Assembly: GCA_018263395.1 (NCBI GenBank)
Contig: JAANXF010000004.1
Location: forward strand, 3,840 to 67,839
DNA length: 64,000 nucleotides
Direction of reading: 5' to 3'
Source of the DNA: Methanonatronarchaeales archaeon
GTDB taxonomy: Archaea; Halobacteriota; Methanonatronarchaeia; JAANXF01
Shown here piece by piece: positions 36,362 to 46,632 of this stretch; within the stretch, counting starts at the first letter, position 1; each line of letters starts with the position of its first letter. Position numbers and translations under genes: made by a program. Under the pieces are notes generated by a model. The model searched no databases. It was given only the letters and a program-made list of their open reading frames with translations, and had not been told where the DNA came from.

Positions 36362-36703
36362 TTGTCTTCGAGAAAAATCAAGCTTGCCTTGGGGGACGAA
36401 TCCGAAATCGAGAAGGGGGTCGCCCTGCTGAGATATTTCCTCGACGACCGGGAGGACAAAAAGGCGGCTCTCGACCTGGCCGAGCTGGTCACGGGGCGGC
36501 CGGACCTTCAGAGGGAGATACTCCGGGCGGCCGGCAGATACAGACCGGTCGAAAGTTCGAGGGATGTCTCCCCCGTAGAGCGGGAGGTGGAAGGGAGCTG
36601 TTTGAGGTGCGGGAGACAGATCAGCAGGGGTTACTTCCTGGACACGCCCGGGGGAGAGATAGGTCCCTTCGGCTCGACCTGTATAGAGCGGGTCAAGAGC
36701 TAG
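36362..36703 (+). CDS. Hypothetical protein with C-terminal Zn ribbon (resembles haloarchaeal DUF5830)
   Basis: CLRCGRQISRGYF...GPFGSTCIERV. Confidence 0.65.
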   Translation: MSSRKIKLALGDESEIEKGVALLRYFLDDREDKKAALDLAELVTGRPDLQREILRAAGRYRPVESSRDVSPVEREVEGSCLRCGRQISRGYFLDTPGGEIGPFGSTCIERVKS

Positions 36704-37149
36704 GCGCCCTGCGGCTCCCTGCCCGGCAGAGCGCCCTCTATGTACCACGCGAGGTGTTTGAAGAAGGACGACACCCTTTCTAGCAAAGGGGCCTTATCCA
36801 TAAAGGTCCCTCCGTCCGGGAGATACATCTCGACCGTGGGAGGCACGCCGGAAACGTCCTCGACCAAGATGCTTCGGTGCCTATCGAAACCGCCCTCCCT
36901 GTCGTAGAGGTATATCAGACGCGTTCCGTCCTCGACCCTCCTCGTGGAGTTCTCCAGCTCGGTGTCTATGCGGATCGTGGCCCTGTCACCGGATTCGTCA
37001 ACGGATAGTAGCGTGAACCTCTCAACGGAGCCCCCTACCTCCACGGCCGCGGAGTCCCCCTCCCAGAGAGATACCTTCTGGATGGCCAGGGCGGCGGCCG
37101 GCGCGGAGAGGAGTAGCGCGGTTGCCATTACAGCGGACAGGTACCTCAC
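36700..37149 (-). CDS. Hypothetical secreted/membrane protein
   Basis: Signal-peptide-like N-terminus ending ..AAALA, beta-rich middle. Confidence 0.55.
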   Translation of the reverse strand: MRYLSAVMATALLLSAPAAALAIQKVSLWEGDSAAVEVGGSVERFTLLSVDESGDRATIRIDTELENSTRRVEDGTRLIYLYDREGGFDRHRSILVEDVSGVPPTVEMYLPDGGTFMDKAPLLERVSSFFKHLAWYIEGALPGREPQGA

Positions 37150-37403
37150 CCTCGGCGGTCCCCCTTACCATCAGCATCGGTATGTTGTGTCGACGGGTAT
37201 TAAGTGGCATCGTGAACGGGCTACGGGTAGAACGGGGGTCCTCGGGAGCAAACGTCCGCCCCTCCCCCGCGGGGGACCACGCCGGCCCCATCCCGGGGCC
37301 CTCAACGGCAAGTTCTACCGCCCGGGAGCGTCGGGGCCGCGGCGCCGACGGGCGCGTTCCGCCCGGGAAAAAGGCCGCACCTCAAACCTCGTGATTTCCG
37401 CTG

Positions 37404-38942
37404 CTACAGGACGGTGAGCTCCCCGAGGTCCTCGAACCCCTCCACGTCCTTCATGTCTGATAATTGCTCCGGGTCCACCCGCTCCAGCACCATGGACTCT
37501 GCCGCCTCGACCTGGTTCCTCGTAAGCACGCCGTAGCTGTCCTGCGACTTGAGCACCTGCATCCGTCTGTACAGCCTGCCCAGCTTCCTGGGCGGGAGTT
37601 CCTCCAGTATAGAGTCGCCGCTAGATATGAGCATCACGAGTGCGGTGGAGGACTCTTGGAAGAGGTCGACGCAGGCCCCGAACAGCTCGTCCCTCTGCTC
37701 CTTCACCTTGAGGTACAGAGTGTCCAGGTCCGCGTCCACGGAGCCCTCTCTGGCCGTTTCCAGGTCCTCTATAACTTCCCGGAGCTCCTTCTCCCGCTCC
37801 TCCAGCGCCTTTATATCCTTCACGAGGCTCTGCGAGGCCGCGAGCTCCTCGACCCTTTCCTCCATCGCCTCGACCTCTTCGGACCTCTCCTCCACCCTGG
37901 CCTTCAGCTGGACCTCCCGGTCGAGGAGTTGCTCCCTCCTTTCGTCAAGACGCGAGGTTTCCTCCTGGACGGACGACACCTCGTTTTCGAGCGCCCCCAC
38001 CGATTCCTCCAGCTCCTCGACCCTGACGCGCAGATTTTCCCTCCTGTCCCTCAGCTCCGCGAGCTGTTTTTCCAGGAGCTCCGATTCCCTGAATCGTCCC
38101 GCGAGCTTGGCTGCCGCCTCGCCCGGGTCGCTTTCGAGTTCGTTCAGCCTCTCGGCCAGAATCGACGCGGTTTCGATCGTAAAGCCGAGGTCGTCCAGCT
38201 TGGCGTTTCTCCGCAGGTACGTGGATATGTCCGAGGGGTCGGCCCCGAACTTGGATATACGGGAATGGAGGTCCACCATTCGGCTGACAGTCCTCGGTTC
38301 GAACCCCATCTCCTCACAGCTGTCGAAGAAAACGGCCAGTTCCTCGAGGTCCTCCAGGTCGTTTCCACGGACCTCGAGCTCCTCGCGCAGATTCTCCACC
38401 TGACGTAACCTGTCGAGGGTCATGCCGGTTTCCTCGAGCCTTCGCTCCAGGCGCTCCTCCACGCCGCCGACCTCCTCCTCGAGTTCGGCCCTCTGGTCCC
38501 TCAGTTTGTCGAGCTGGTCCCTCAGGCTCTCGACCTCCACGATAAGGGTCTGGTACCTGTCCAGCATCTCGTCGTAAGGCACGCCGGTCTCGTCCTCGAG
38601 ATCCGAGAAGCGAACGGCGTCCTCGATTATTTCCGGCGAGCCGCTGGAGACCTTGTCACAGAACTCGATGTAGCTCTCCAGGTCCGAGGCGTCCAGTCCG
38701 AATCTGGATAGTTCCGTGCTCAGCTGCGCGCCCTCCATCGCGTCCATGAGGGCCGGGGTATCGTCGAACTCGGACGAGAGTTCGCGGAACGAGCGAAGGG
38801 TTCCCAGCACCTCGTCGTCGAAACCGTTCAGGAAAGCGCGTACGGTGGACAGGCTTAAGCCGGTCTCCTTCTCTATTTCCCCCAGCTCCAAGCCGTTCAT
38901 ATAAAGGCCCAGAATCTGGGAGGCCTCTCTGGCAAGTACCAT
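37404..38942 (-). CDS. HTH + long coiled-coil protein
   Basis: N-terminal GLELGEIEKETGLSLSTVRAFL helix-turn-helix followed by ~350 aa of E/L/R-rich heptads. Confidence 0.8.
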   Translation of the reverse strand: MVLAREASQILGLYMNGLELGEIEKETGLSLSTVRAFLNGFDDEVLGTLRSFRELSSEFDDTPALMDAMEGAQLSTELSRFGLDASDLESYIEFCDKVSSGSPEIIEDAVRFSDLEDETGVPYDEMLDRYQTLIVEVESLRDQLDKLRDQRAELEEEVGGVEERLERRLEETGMTLDRLRQVENLREELEVRGNDLEDLEELAVFFDSCEEMGFEPRTVSRMVDLHSRISKFGADPSDISTYLRRNAKLDDLGFTIETASILAERLNELESDPGEAAAKLAGRFRESELLEKQLAELRDRRENLRVRVEELEESVGALENEVSSVQEETSRLDERREQLLDREVQLKARVEERSEEVEAMEERVEELAASQSLVKDIKALEEREKELREVIEDLETAREGSVDADLDTLYLKVKEQRDELFGACVDLFQESSTALVMLISSGDSILEELPPRKLGRLYRRMQVLKSQDSYGVLTRNQVEAAESMVLERVDPEQLSDMKDVEGFEDLGELTVL

Positions 38943-38943
38943 C

Positions 38944-40032
38944 TCAGTACTCTGGCTCTAGGCCATCGAGCCTCGAGAACGCCTTGCTCCCGCTCTTCCG
39001 CCTATCCTTCTCCTGCTGCACGGCCTGGACCGCCCTCTCGTAAAGCCTGTCGAGTTCCTCCGACTCGGAGAGGGACAGAACAGAGAGTACCTGTGGTTCC
39101 GCTCCCTTCTCGACCACGACGCCCTTGAACACCTGCCCAACCTGGCTCGAAAGGGTGTCGAGTTCCTCCTTGATTTTGGAGAGGTTCAGCACGTTCCGGT
39201 CCCCCTTGATTACGAGCATGGCCCTCGCAGCCTCGTCGTACACGTCCGCAGGGAACAGCAGCCCGGCGCGAGAGATGGCGCGCTTAATCGCGTTACTTAT
39301 CGCGCCCTCTCCGGTCGACTCCGCGAACCCCATCGTGGCTATTTTGTCCCCGCCCCGCATGGTGGTCTTGAAGTCCCCCAAGTCAGTAACCAGCAGCATC
39401 TCGCTGTCCAGCGCGTTCATCAGGAAGAGGACGCGCCTCGCGACCTGTTTGTTTATGCCGTCGTAGGCTGCCTTGATGTTGTCCCCGGCCGAGCCGAGGT
39501 ACGCGTTGTCGACGAGAATCATTGAATCGGCGCTCGACTCGCGCAGCTCCCTCAGGCAGAACGCCGAGTTCTGCATGTATATCGAGCCTTCCTCCCTGAA
39601 CGGCAGAACCGTGAACACGTAAATCGGGATATCGTACAGGTACTTCAGCTTGTCCGCCAGAAGTGGCGTGAACGAGGACCCCGTTCCACCGCCGACGCTG
39701 GTGAAGACGAAACCCACGTCGAAGTTGCCCCTCCTCTCGATTGCGTCCATCACGACCCTCTCATTCTCCCGGAAGGTGTTCTTGCCCTCTTCCCTGTTGG
39801 CTCCCACGCCGTGAAGGTGGGGTATGTGTATCCTGTCCTTGGCCTTGGTGAAGCGGAGTTCTTTCAGGTCGTTAACGGCGGTGTTGATGACGATCGTCTC
39901 GACGTTTGAGGGCCAGTTCTGCTTGGAGACGTATCTGCCGAGGTTTGAGGATCGGCCGAAGGCCTGCTTGTTGATCTGGTCCAGTATCCGGCCTCCGCAC
40001 TGCCCCACTCCTACCATCAAGACGTCAAGCAT
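38944..40032 (-). CDS. cetZ: Tubulin/FtsZ-family GTPase, CetZ-like
   Basis: GVGQCGGRI, INTA..DL, GVG, VGGGTGS signature, T7-loop VTDLGD; lacks FtsZ GGGG.NA and the C-terminal tail. Confidence 0.88.
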   Translation of the reverse strand: MLDVLMVGVGQCGGRILDQINKQAFGRSSNLGRYVSKQNWPSNVETIVINTAVNDLKELRFTKAKDRIHIPHLHGVGANREEGKNTFRENERVVMDAIERRGNFDVGFVFTSVGGGTGSSFTPLLADKLKYLYDIPIYVFTVLPFREEGSIYMQNSAFCLRELRESSADSMILVDNAYLGSAGDNIKAAYDGINKQVARRVLFLMNALDSEMLLVTDLGDFKTTMRGGDKIATMGFAESTGEGAISNAIKRAISRAGLLFPADVYDEAARAMLVIKGDRNVLNLSKIKEELDTLSSQVGQVFKGVVVEKGAEPQVLSVLSLSESEELDRLYERAVQAVQQEKDRRKSGSKAFSRLDGLEPEY

Positions 40033-40052
40033 CCTTGCCGTTCACCTCGTTT

Positions 40053-41408
40053 TCAGAACTTATATTGTTGCCTCCGGTACAGCACCCAGCCCAATATCCC
40101 CGCAAACACCAGGACCGGCGTGGCGTAGACGTGCACGGGCTGGTGCGTGGCGGTGTAGGCCATCGTCTCCCCGACCCGGAGGTCGTTTTCCCCGAGGTCC
40201 ACCGTGGCCTTACCCGTGAACCGGTTGCCCGTGTCGTAGACGACCTCTCCCCCGAATTTGTACTCCCCGGGCTCGTCCATGGAGAACTCCACGAGCAGCT
40301 CCCTCTGCTCGCCGACCCCCACGGCCTGCGGCAGGGATATCTGGGGATTGTTTCCACCGATAGTGTCGACGGTCGGTCCCCCGTCGTCGGGTTCCTCCTC
40401 GCCGACGAGGCCTACGTACCCCGCTCCCTCCGGGGCGTCGATTTTGACCGTGATCTCGTCGGCGTCTTTCTCTCCCCTGGACTCCAGCAGGACCCTCACC
40501 CGAACCGTTTCGCCGGTCTGAATCGACTCGTCGTCCAGCTCCATGCTTGCGGCCAGCTTCGCCTCCGTCGGATTTATGAATACAGAGGGCTCAGTGGAAG
40601 TTCTAGAGCTGTACGTCTCGTCATCGGCCTCCCTTCCGTAATTCACGACCACCTCGGAGAAGTTTTTGTTTCCGGTCCCGACGGCCTTGAGCCTGTACTT
40701 CAGGAGGGTCTCCATATCGTTCTTCCCTATCTCGGGAGGGGTCATGGATTCGTCCACTCTCCACTCCTCGAGCTGAAACCCCTCGTCCAGGGGGTTCTTG
40801 ACGCTGATGTCTGTGGCCTTGACGCCCCCGGCGTTCCTAGCTTTCACCGTTACCGTCACCATCTCCCCTGAGTCCACTTCGTCCCTGTCCACCTCCTTCG
40901 TCACTACGAGGCTCGGTTCGTCGATGTAGCTGGCCTTTTCGGGGCTGTCGATGTACTGCGTGAACTCCGTGCTCCACGACGTCTCGACATTCAAGATAGC
41001 CCAGCTGCGGTGGCTCGCGTCGACGTAACTGACCGTGACCTCGCCATCAGGTATCCCGTCGGAGACGGTGAACGAACTCCTTGAGGAGTCGTAGTCGGGG
41101 TTCTTAAGCCGCCACGTGCCGGAGGAGTATGCCCCGTGGTCCGGGTCCTTTACGTCTTCGAGGTCCCCCTTCTCGTTCACCCTGTAAAGCTTCAGGTTCA
41201 CGTTCATCTGGGTCTCGTTTATTTCATCGCTGTACGCTGAGAGGTCGGTGACGCTGTCTACCTCCAGGACGTAGTTGTCGAACTGGTACGCCTCCCCTTC
41301 GTCGATTTTGTCCGTCTCCACGGTTTCAGCGCTCGCGGCGGAGGAGGCAAAGATCAGCATCAGCATCAGGACGGCGGGGACCGTCGCCGCTGTCAGGCGT
41401 TTAACCAA
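40053..41408 (-). CDS. Secreted, membrane-anchored Ig-fold (DUF11/BatD-like) surface protein
   Basis: Signal peptide, LVVTKEVD..V..GE.VTVTV.ARN.G repeats, C-terminal TM + RRQQ. Confidence 0.8.
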   Translation of the reverse strand: MVKRLTAATVPAVLMLMLIFASSAASAETVETDKIDEGEAYQFDNYVLEVDSVTDLSAYSDEINETQMNVNLKLYRVNEKGDLEDVKDPDHGAYSSGTWRLKNPDYDSSRSSFTVSDGIPDGEVTVSYVDASHRSWAILNVETSWSTEFTQYIDSPEKASYIDEPSLVVTKEVDRDEVDSGEMVTVTVKARNAGGVKATDISVKNPLDEGFQLEEWRVDESMTPPEIGKNDMETLLKYRLKAVGTGNKNFSEVVVNYGREADDETYSSRTSTEPSVFINPTEAKLAASMELDDESIQTGETVRVRVLLESRGEKDADEITVKIDAPEGAGYVGLVGEEEPDDGGPTVDTIGGNNPQISLPQAVGVGEQRELLVEFSMDEPGEYKFGGEVVYDTGNRFTGKATVDLGENDLRVGETMAYTATHQPVHVYATPVLVFAGILGWVLYRRQQYKF

Positions 41409-41601
41409 AATGTTCAGAGGCCCCTCCGGTTTCCCCGGATTCTCCGTACCTCGTCCGTACCCTTTTCGGCATCAAATTCCGCATCCCCTCGGAGCCGGGT
41501 CGCCCCCGTTCCCCGGTCGACACCTACATCGATTTCTAAATTTAATAAGTCTGTCGGGGAGAGGGCAACCTTATCCGGGCACGGTTCGACCTTCCCCCCC
41601 G

Positions 41602-42480
41602 ATGCGCGTAAGGGCCCCAGCCTCCACCGCGAACCTCGGTCCGGGGTTCGACTGCTTCGGCCTCGCTCTCGAAGACCCCTTCGACGTCGTCGAGGTGGAG
41701 CGCTCCAGCGAGCTGACCGTGGAGGTGAGCGGCCCAGGCGCAGAAAGCATCCCGACCAGGCCGGAGGCCAACACCGCGGGCGTGGTGGCCACGGAGATGC
41801 TTCGAGGAGAGGGGGTCCACGTCTCGGTGGAGAAGGGGATACGTCCCTCGTCCGGTCTGGGCAGCAGCGCGGCATCCGCTGCCGGTGCCGCGGTCGCCAT
41901 AAACGAGGAGTTCGGGCTGGGCCACTCCCGGGAGGAGCTCGTGGCGTTCGCTGCCCGCGGCGAGGCCGCATCGGCCGGTGCGCCACACCCAGACAATGTC
42001 GCGCCGTCGGTAATGGGCGGGTTCACGGTGGTGAGGGACGGTGAGGTCGTGTGCCTAGAGCCCCCGGAGATGGACCTCGCGGTGGCGCTCCCCGACCTTG
42101 AGCTTTCCACGGAGGAGTCGCGCTCCGTGCTGCCCGATTCCGTTGCGCTCGGCGACGCGGTGGAGAACGTGGCCTCTGCCTCCCTCCTCGTGGCGGGCAT
42201 GGCCGCCGGAGACGCGTCGATGGTCGGGAGGGGCATGCGGGACGCGTTGGTGGAGCCGGTGCGCGCGGAGCTGGTGCCGGGATACCGGGCCGTCAGGGAG
42301 GCCGCGCTCGGCGCCGGGGCCCTCGGGGTTGCCCTCAGCGGAGCCGGCCCCTCGGTGGTGGCGATCTGCGAGGTCGGCGATGCAGCGGCGTCCGCGATGG
42401 AGTGCGCCTTCGCGGAGCACGGCGTCGCCGCGGAGGGCTTCGTCACGGAGCCGGGCAACGGAGCAGAGGTACTGGAATAG
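41602..42480 (+). CDS. thrB: Homoserine kinase
   Basis: APASTANLGPGFD, SGLGSSAAS, HPDNVAP, LSGAGPS. Confidence 0.96.
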   Translation: MRVRAPASTANLGPGFDCFGLALEDPFDVVEVERSSELTVEVSGPGAESIPTRPEANTAGVVATEMLRGEGVHVSVEKGIRPSSGLGSSAASAAGAAVAINEEFGLGHSREELVAFAARGEAASAGAPHPDNVAPSVMGGFTVVRDGEVVCLEPPEMDLAVALPDLELSTEESRSVLPDSVALGDAVENVASASLLVAGMAAGDASMVGRGMRDALVEPVRAELVPGYRAVREAALGAGALGVALSGAGPSVVAICEVGDAAASAMECAFAEHGVAAEGFVTEPGNGAEVLE

Positions 42481-42523
42481 CCCGGACCGGTCCTTAGAAC
42501 TGACGGGCGTATGGACGGGGCAC

Positions 42524-43903
42524 TCACGTCATGCTCGAGGGGTCGAGGAGCTCGGCGGCCTCCTCCTCCCCCATGATACCTCTCTCGACGACCACCTCGA
42601 GGACGGTTCGTCCATCCCGGTGGGCCTCCCTAGCGATTTCCGCGGCCTCCTCGTACCCGAAGACCGGGTTCAGGGCCGTAGCGAGTGCGAGTGTCATCTC
42701 GGCCATTTCGGAGCAGCGCTCCACGTCCGGCTCCAGGCCCCTCACAAACCCTGCGAGGGCACCGGCGGCCCCGGCGAGCAGCCCGATTTCCCTCAGCAGG
42801 TTTGCCGCCATCAGGGGCTTCATGAGGTTCAGCTCCAGCTCCCCGGCGCCCGGGACAGAGACGGCGGCGTCGAGGCCGTGCACCTGCGATGCTGCCTGCA
42901 CCACCGCCTCCGGCACCACGGGATTGATCTTTCCGGGCATAATGGAGGAACCGGGCTGGTCCCGTGGCTGCCTCAGCTCCCCTATCGCTGTCCTCGGCCC
43001 GCTCACCAGCAGCCTCAGGTCGTTCGCTATCTTCATGAGCGAGGACGCGGTCCTTCGGAACGAGCCGCTGACCTCCAGCAGGGCGTCGTGTGCCGCCTGT
43101 GCCGCGAAGTGGTTCCCGGCCTCCCGTAGCTCGAGGCCGGTCTCGACCCGGAGGTGCTTCAGCGCCCTCTCCGTAAAGCCCTCGGGACAGTTCAGGCCAG
43201 TGCCCACCGCGGTGCCCCCCAGCGCAACCCCCTTTAATTCGTCCAGGTTTCTGAGGCACGCCTCCATCGAGGCAGAAACCTGTGTCGAGTGGCCGGAGAG
43301 CTCCTGGCCCAGGGTAACCGGCGCCGCGTCCTGGAGATGGGTCCTTCCGGGCTTGACCACGTCCTCCGTCCCCGAAGACAGCTCGTCCAGCGCCTCTCTC
43401 AGCGACCTCAGCGCGGGAAACAGGCGGTCCCTAGCCGCCAGCAGCACCGACAGGTGGATCGCCGTGGGTATGACGTCGTTGCTGGACTGGGAGGCGTTGA
43501 CGTCGTCGTTCGGATGCACCTCGTTTTTACCGACCGGCAGCCCGAGTATCTGGGCGGACCTGTTGGCAATCACTTCGTTCACGTTCATGTTGGTGGAGGT
43601 GCCGCTGCCGGTCTGGTACGCTCCGAGGGGAAACTGTTCGTCGTGCTCCCCGTCGACGATTTCCCCGGCGGCCTCCTCTATCGCGCCTGCGATTCTCCCG
43701 TCGACTGCGTCGAGTTCAGAGTTGGCCCTCGCGGCGGCGAGCTTCACCATGGCCACGGCCCTGATAAAGCCGGGCGGCAGCCTCCCGTCCGTTATTCGGT
43801 GCCTCAGGGCACGGACCGTGTGGGAGCCGTACAGGGCGCCCTCGGGAACCTCCACCTCGCCGAGGCTGTCCTCCTCAGTCCTGGTGCTCTCTCCCGAGGC
43901 CAT
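42524..43903 (-). CDS. fumC: Class II fumarate hydratase
   Basis: QTGSGTSTNMNVNEV, HPNDDVNASQSSND, GRTHLQDA, GSSIMPGKINP. Confidence 0.9.
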   Translation of the reverse strand: MASGESTRTEEDSLGEVEVPEGALYGSHTVRALRHRITDGRLPPGFIRAVAMVKLAAARANSELDAVDGRIAGAIEEAAGEIVDGEHDEQFPLGAYQTGSGTSTNMNVNEVIANRSAQILGLPVGKNEVHPNDDVNASQSSNDVIPTAIHLSVLLAARDRLFPALRSLREALDELSSGTEDVVKPGRTHLQDAAPVTLGQELSGHSTQVSASMEACLRNLDELKGVALGGTAVGTGLNCPEGFTERALKHLRVETGLELREAGNHFAAQAAHDALLEVSGSFRRTASSLMKIANDLRLLVSGPRTAIGELRQPRDQPGSSIMPGKINPVVPEAVVQAASQVHGLDAAVSVPGAGELELNLMKPLMAANLLREIGLLAGAAGALAGFVRGLEPDVERCSEMAEMTLALATALNPVFGYEEAAEIAREAHRDGRTVLEVVVERGIMGEEEAAELLDPSSMT

Positions 43904-44185
43904 GCGTGACCCTGCTACCTCTCCTCCTCACCGGCGTCCCGACAGGAGGTGGTCCGACGGCGGGTACGGCCCTCCCTCCCGCTCCACGGCGTCCCCGGTT
44001 CCTGCCGGCTCCATAATCCAGACTCGGGCGAGAAGCTGAAAACCCTTCCCCCTAACCGGGGGAGGAACCGTCCGGTCAACTGCCCCGAGGGTCGTACCCG
44101 GGGAGCGGCTCGAGCCCCTGTACCCTGCGCGCCGACCAGGCGCTTAACACAACCTTCAAGCAACGGTGGGCAGATGCAACTCCGG

Positions 44186-44257
44186 GTCCCGGTAGGGTAG
44201 CGGACATCCTGTGGGCTTGCGGAGCCCGCGACCCGGGTTCAAATCCCGGCCGGGACA
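44186..44257 (+). tRNA. tRNA-Arg(GCG)
   Basis: GTCCCGG/CCGGGAC acceptor, anticodon stem TGGGC/GCCCG with loop TT-GCG-GA, T-arm CCGGG-TTCAAAT-CCCGG; 72 nt. Confidence 0.94.
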
Positions 44258-44570
44258 TGGGGAGCGGGGTTTCGTGCGGTTCTTTTCCGGGACGCGCCCT
44301 GCCCGTCTCGACACCCGCTCGCTCCACTCTCTTTTTCGTGGTAGAGAGTGCCCTGAACGGGCGTATAACGATGCGGTTCGTATCCGTTCCCTGCCCGCGC
44401 CGGGGAGTCCCTCCGGTCGAACCGGTTACCGCCTCCGTCGGCCCTCCCCGGTGTCCATACCGTGATGGGTGCCGCCGAGGGGGCACGGGGAATTCCCGTG
44501 CCTCCCCCCCCGCACCTCGACACGGGAACCGGACGGTGGACGCGGCGTAATCGCGCGTCGTCTGCGCGGC

Positions 44571-45407
44571 TCAGGTCCCCTTCCCCCGCCTACCCCGGGG
44601 CGCTGCCCTCGACTCGTGCTCCCAGACCATGTCGAGGTATCTCTTCATGCCGGCTACGAGGCTCGGGTTCCTAGTGACAGCGGCGTCCCGGAGCCTGAGG
44701 GGCACCCCTCTCTCCTCGACCACGAATATCGCGGCCCCGGACTCGTAGTCCATCGAGGCGTCGACCACGGAGCCCCGGAGCGGGAGCGGCGCGGTGCTGT
44801 ACCTGACCTCGGCGCCGAGTTCCCCGAGGGCCTCGCTGGAATTCCCCTGCACCCTCGCCGAGTTCTTCGAGAGGCTCTCAGGGTTAAGCATCAGGGCCCT
44901 CACGCTCACGCCGCGCTCCGCCGCCTCCGCGAGTTCCTCCTCGACCTCCCCCAGGTACTCCATCGCCTTGCTGACGACCGCGATCTCGGCCTCGGCCTCG
45001 CGGTACAGTCCCCGGGTCTCGTTTAGCGAGGGTTCGCCCACGCCTACGATGTGGAGGAGCTCCCGGCGCTTCTCCCGCATGGACCTCTCCATCTTGCGGA
45101 GCTCGTTTCTGGCGTCGTTGACGTGGGCGAGGCTGTCTTCGAACTCCTCGCGCACTCTCCTCTCCAGCGTCCCCCTCACCTCCCCCGCCGACTTCGTCCT
45201 GTAGAGCGTCGGTCGGCCCGGTATCTTCTCTACCAGACCCAGCTCCACGAGTGTCGAGAGGGCGCCGTATACCTTGGGTCGTGGGACGCCGCTCAGCTCC
45301 GCCACGTCCGACGCCTTCAGCTCCCCCGCCGAGTAGAGGTGGGCAAAAGCCTTCGCCTCGTACTCCGTCAGTCCGAGTGCCCCGAGCTTCTCTATGAGCC
45401 GCCGCAT
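44571..45407 (-). CDS. TrmB-family transcriptional regulator
   Basis: LGLTEYEAK, ASDVAELSGVPRPKVYGAL..L..GLV wHTH plus C-terminal PLD-like effector domain; likely start ATG 45407. Confidence 0.92.
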   Translation of the reverse strand: MRRLIEKLGALGLTEYEAKAFAHLYSAGELKASDVAELSGVPRPKVYGALSTLVELGLVEKIPGRPTLYRTKSAGEVRGTLERRVREEFEDSLAHVNDARNELRKMERSMREKRRELLHIVGVGEPSLNETRGLYREAEAEIAVVSKAMEYLGEVEEELAEAAERGVSVRALMLNPESLSKNSARVQGNSSEALGELGAEVRYSTAPLPLRGSVVDASMDYESGAAIFVVEERGVPLRLRDAAVTRNPSLVAGMKRYLDMVWEHESRAAPRGRRGKGT

Positions 45408-45471
45408 GGGCGTTAAGTAGAAAGCTTTAAATATAACTGTTACCACCCTTCGTAGTGACAGGTGAGTTGGT
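45408..45471. promoter_or_regulatory. Divergent promoter region trmB/sqdB
   Basis: 64-bp AT-rich gap containing TTTAAATA TATA-like box and AAAGCTTT palindrome. Confidence 0.45.
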
Positions 45472-46632
45472 ATGGCTGTGATCCTTACTGGAGGTGACGG
45501 GTACGTGGGGTGGCCCACGGCGCTCCGGATGGCGTCCGAACTCGACGAGCGAGTCGTGGCAGTGGACGACCTCTCGAGGCGTCGATGGGTGGAGGAGTGT
45601 GGCTCGGTCTCAGCGGTGCCCGTGGCGCCGCCCGGGGAGAGGACGGCTGCGGCCAAGGAGCGGTACGGCAACCTGAGCTTCGTGGCGGGCGACCTGACGG
45701 ACAGGGACTTCGTGAAGAGCCTTATGGATATTTACGAGCCCTCCGCCGTGGTCCACCTCGCGGCCCAACCGAGCGCCCCATACAGCCAGATCAACGGCGA
45801 GCGGGCCCTGGACACTCAGACGGGCAACGTCTCCATGACCCTCAACCTTCTCTGGGCCTTGAGGGAGGCGGGGCTGGAGAACTCCCACTTCGTGGAGACC
45901 ACGACGATGGGAGTCTACGGCGCGCCGGAGTTCCCGGTCCCGGAAGGCGAGTTCGAGGTGGAGTACAGAGGGGGCCGGGACACCATCCCGTACCCCGCTA
46001 TGGCGGGTAGCTGGTACCACATGACGAAAACGATGGACGCCGCCAACATGCGGCTCGCCAACAGGCAGTGGGGCCAGCCGTGCAGCGACCTCCGCACCGC
46101 CATCGTGTACGGGACCGAGACGGAGGAGACCCGCGGCAGCGACACACTGAAGACCCGGTTCGACTTCGACTACTACTTCGGAACCGTGGTGAACCGGTTC
46201 TGCGCCCAGGCCGTCGCCGGATACCCCGTCACGGTGTACGGAAAGGGGGAGCAGCGGAAGCCGATGATAAGTCTGGAGGACACGGTGCAGTCCACCGTGA
46301 ACGCGGTGACGGCCGGGGCGCCGGGGGGCGTCGAGGTCTACAACCAGGCCACTAGACCCATCGCAATCGTGGAGCTCGCGGACACCATCGCGGAGGTCGG
46401 GACGGAGTTCGACCTGGACGTGGAGGTGAAGCACTTCGAGAACCCGAGGGAGGAGAAGGAGGAGCACGAGATGGTCGTGGAGAACGACAGGTTCACGAAG
46501 CTCCTGGGCGAACAGCGGCAGGACCTGGAGGAGGGCGTAAGGGACGTCCTCGGCACGCTCGTGAGGTACGGGGACGCCCTGCGGGGCCACGAGGACAGGT
46601 TCCTGCCCGGCGTCCTGAAAGGGCAGAGTTGA
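45472..46632 (+). CDS. UDP-sulfoquinovose synthase (SqdB/Agl3-like)
   Basis: GGDGYVGWPTA, VHLAAQPSAPYS, ETTTMGVYG, SWYHMTK, RFDFDYYFGTVVNRF. Confidence 0.88.
   Translation: MAVILTGGDGYVGWPTALRMASELDERVVAVDDLSRRRWVEECGSVSAVPVAPPGERTAAAKERYGNLSFVAGDLTDRDFVKSLMDIYEPSAVVHLAAQPSAPYSQINGERALDTQTGNVSMTLNLLWALREAGLENSHFVETTTMGVYGAPEFPVPEGEFEVEYRGGRDTIPYPAMAGSWYHMTKTMDAANMRLANRQWGQPCSDLRTAIVYGTETEETRGSDTLKTRFDFDYYFGTVVNRFCAQAVAGYPVTVYGKGEQRKPMISLEDTVQSTVNAVTAGAPGGVEVYNQATRPIAIVELADTIAEVGTEFDLDVEVKHFENPREEKEEHEMVVENDRFTKLLGEQRQDLEEGVRDVLGTLVRYGDALRGHEDRFLPGVLKGQS

Noticed and set aside
42531-44039. Long antisense or alternate-frame ORFs (e.g. 42531-44039, 1996-3405, 4697-6022, 50227-51876)
   Set aside because: Shadows of real genes in high-GC DNA; Ser/Pro/Arg-rich, no motifs.
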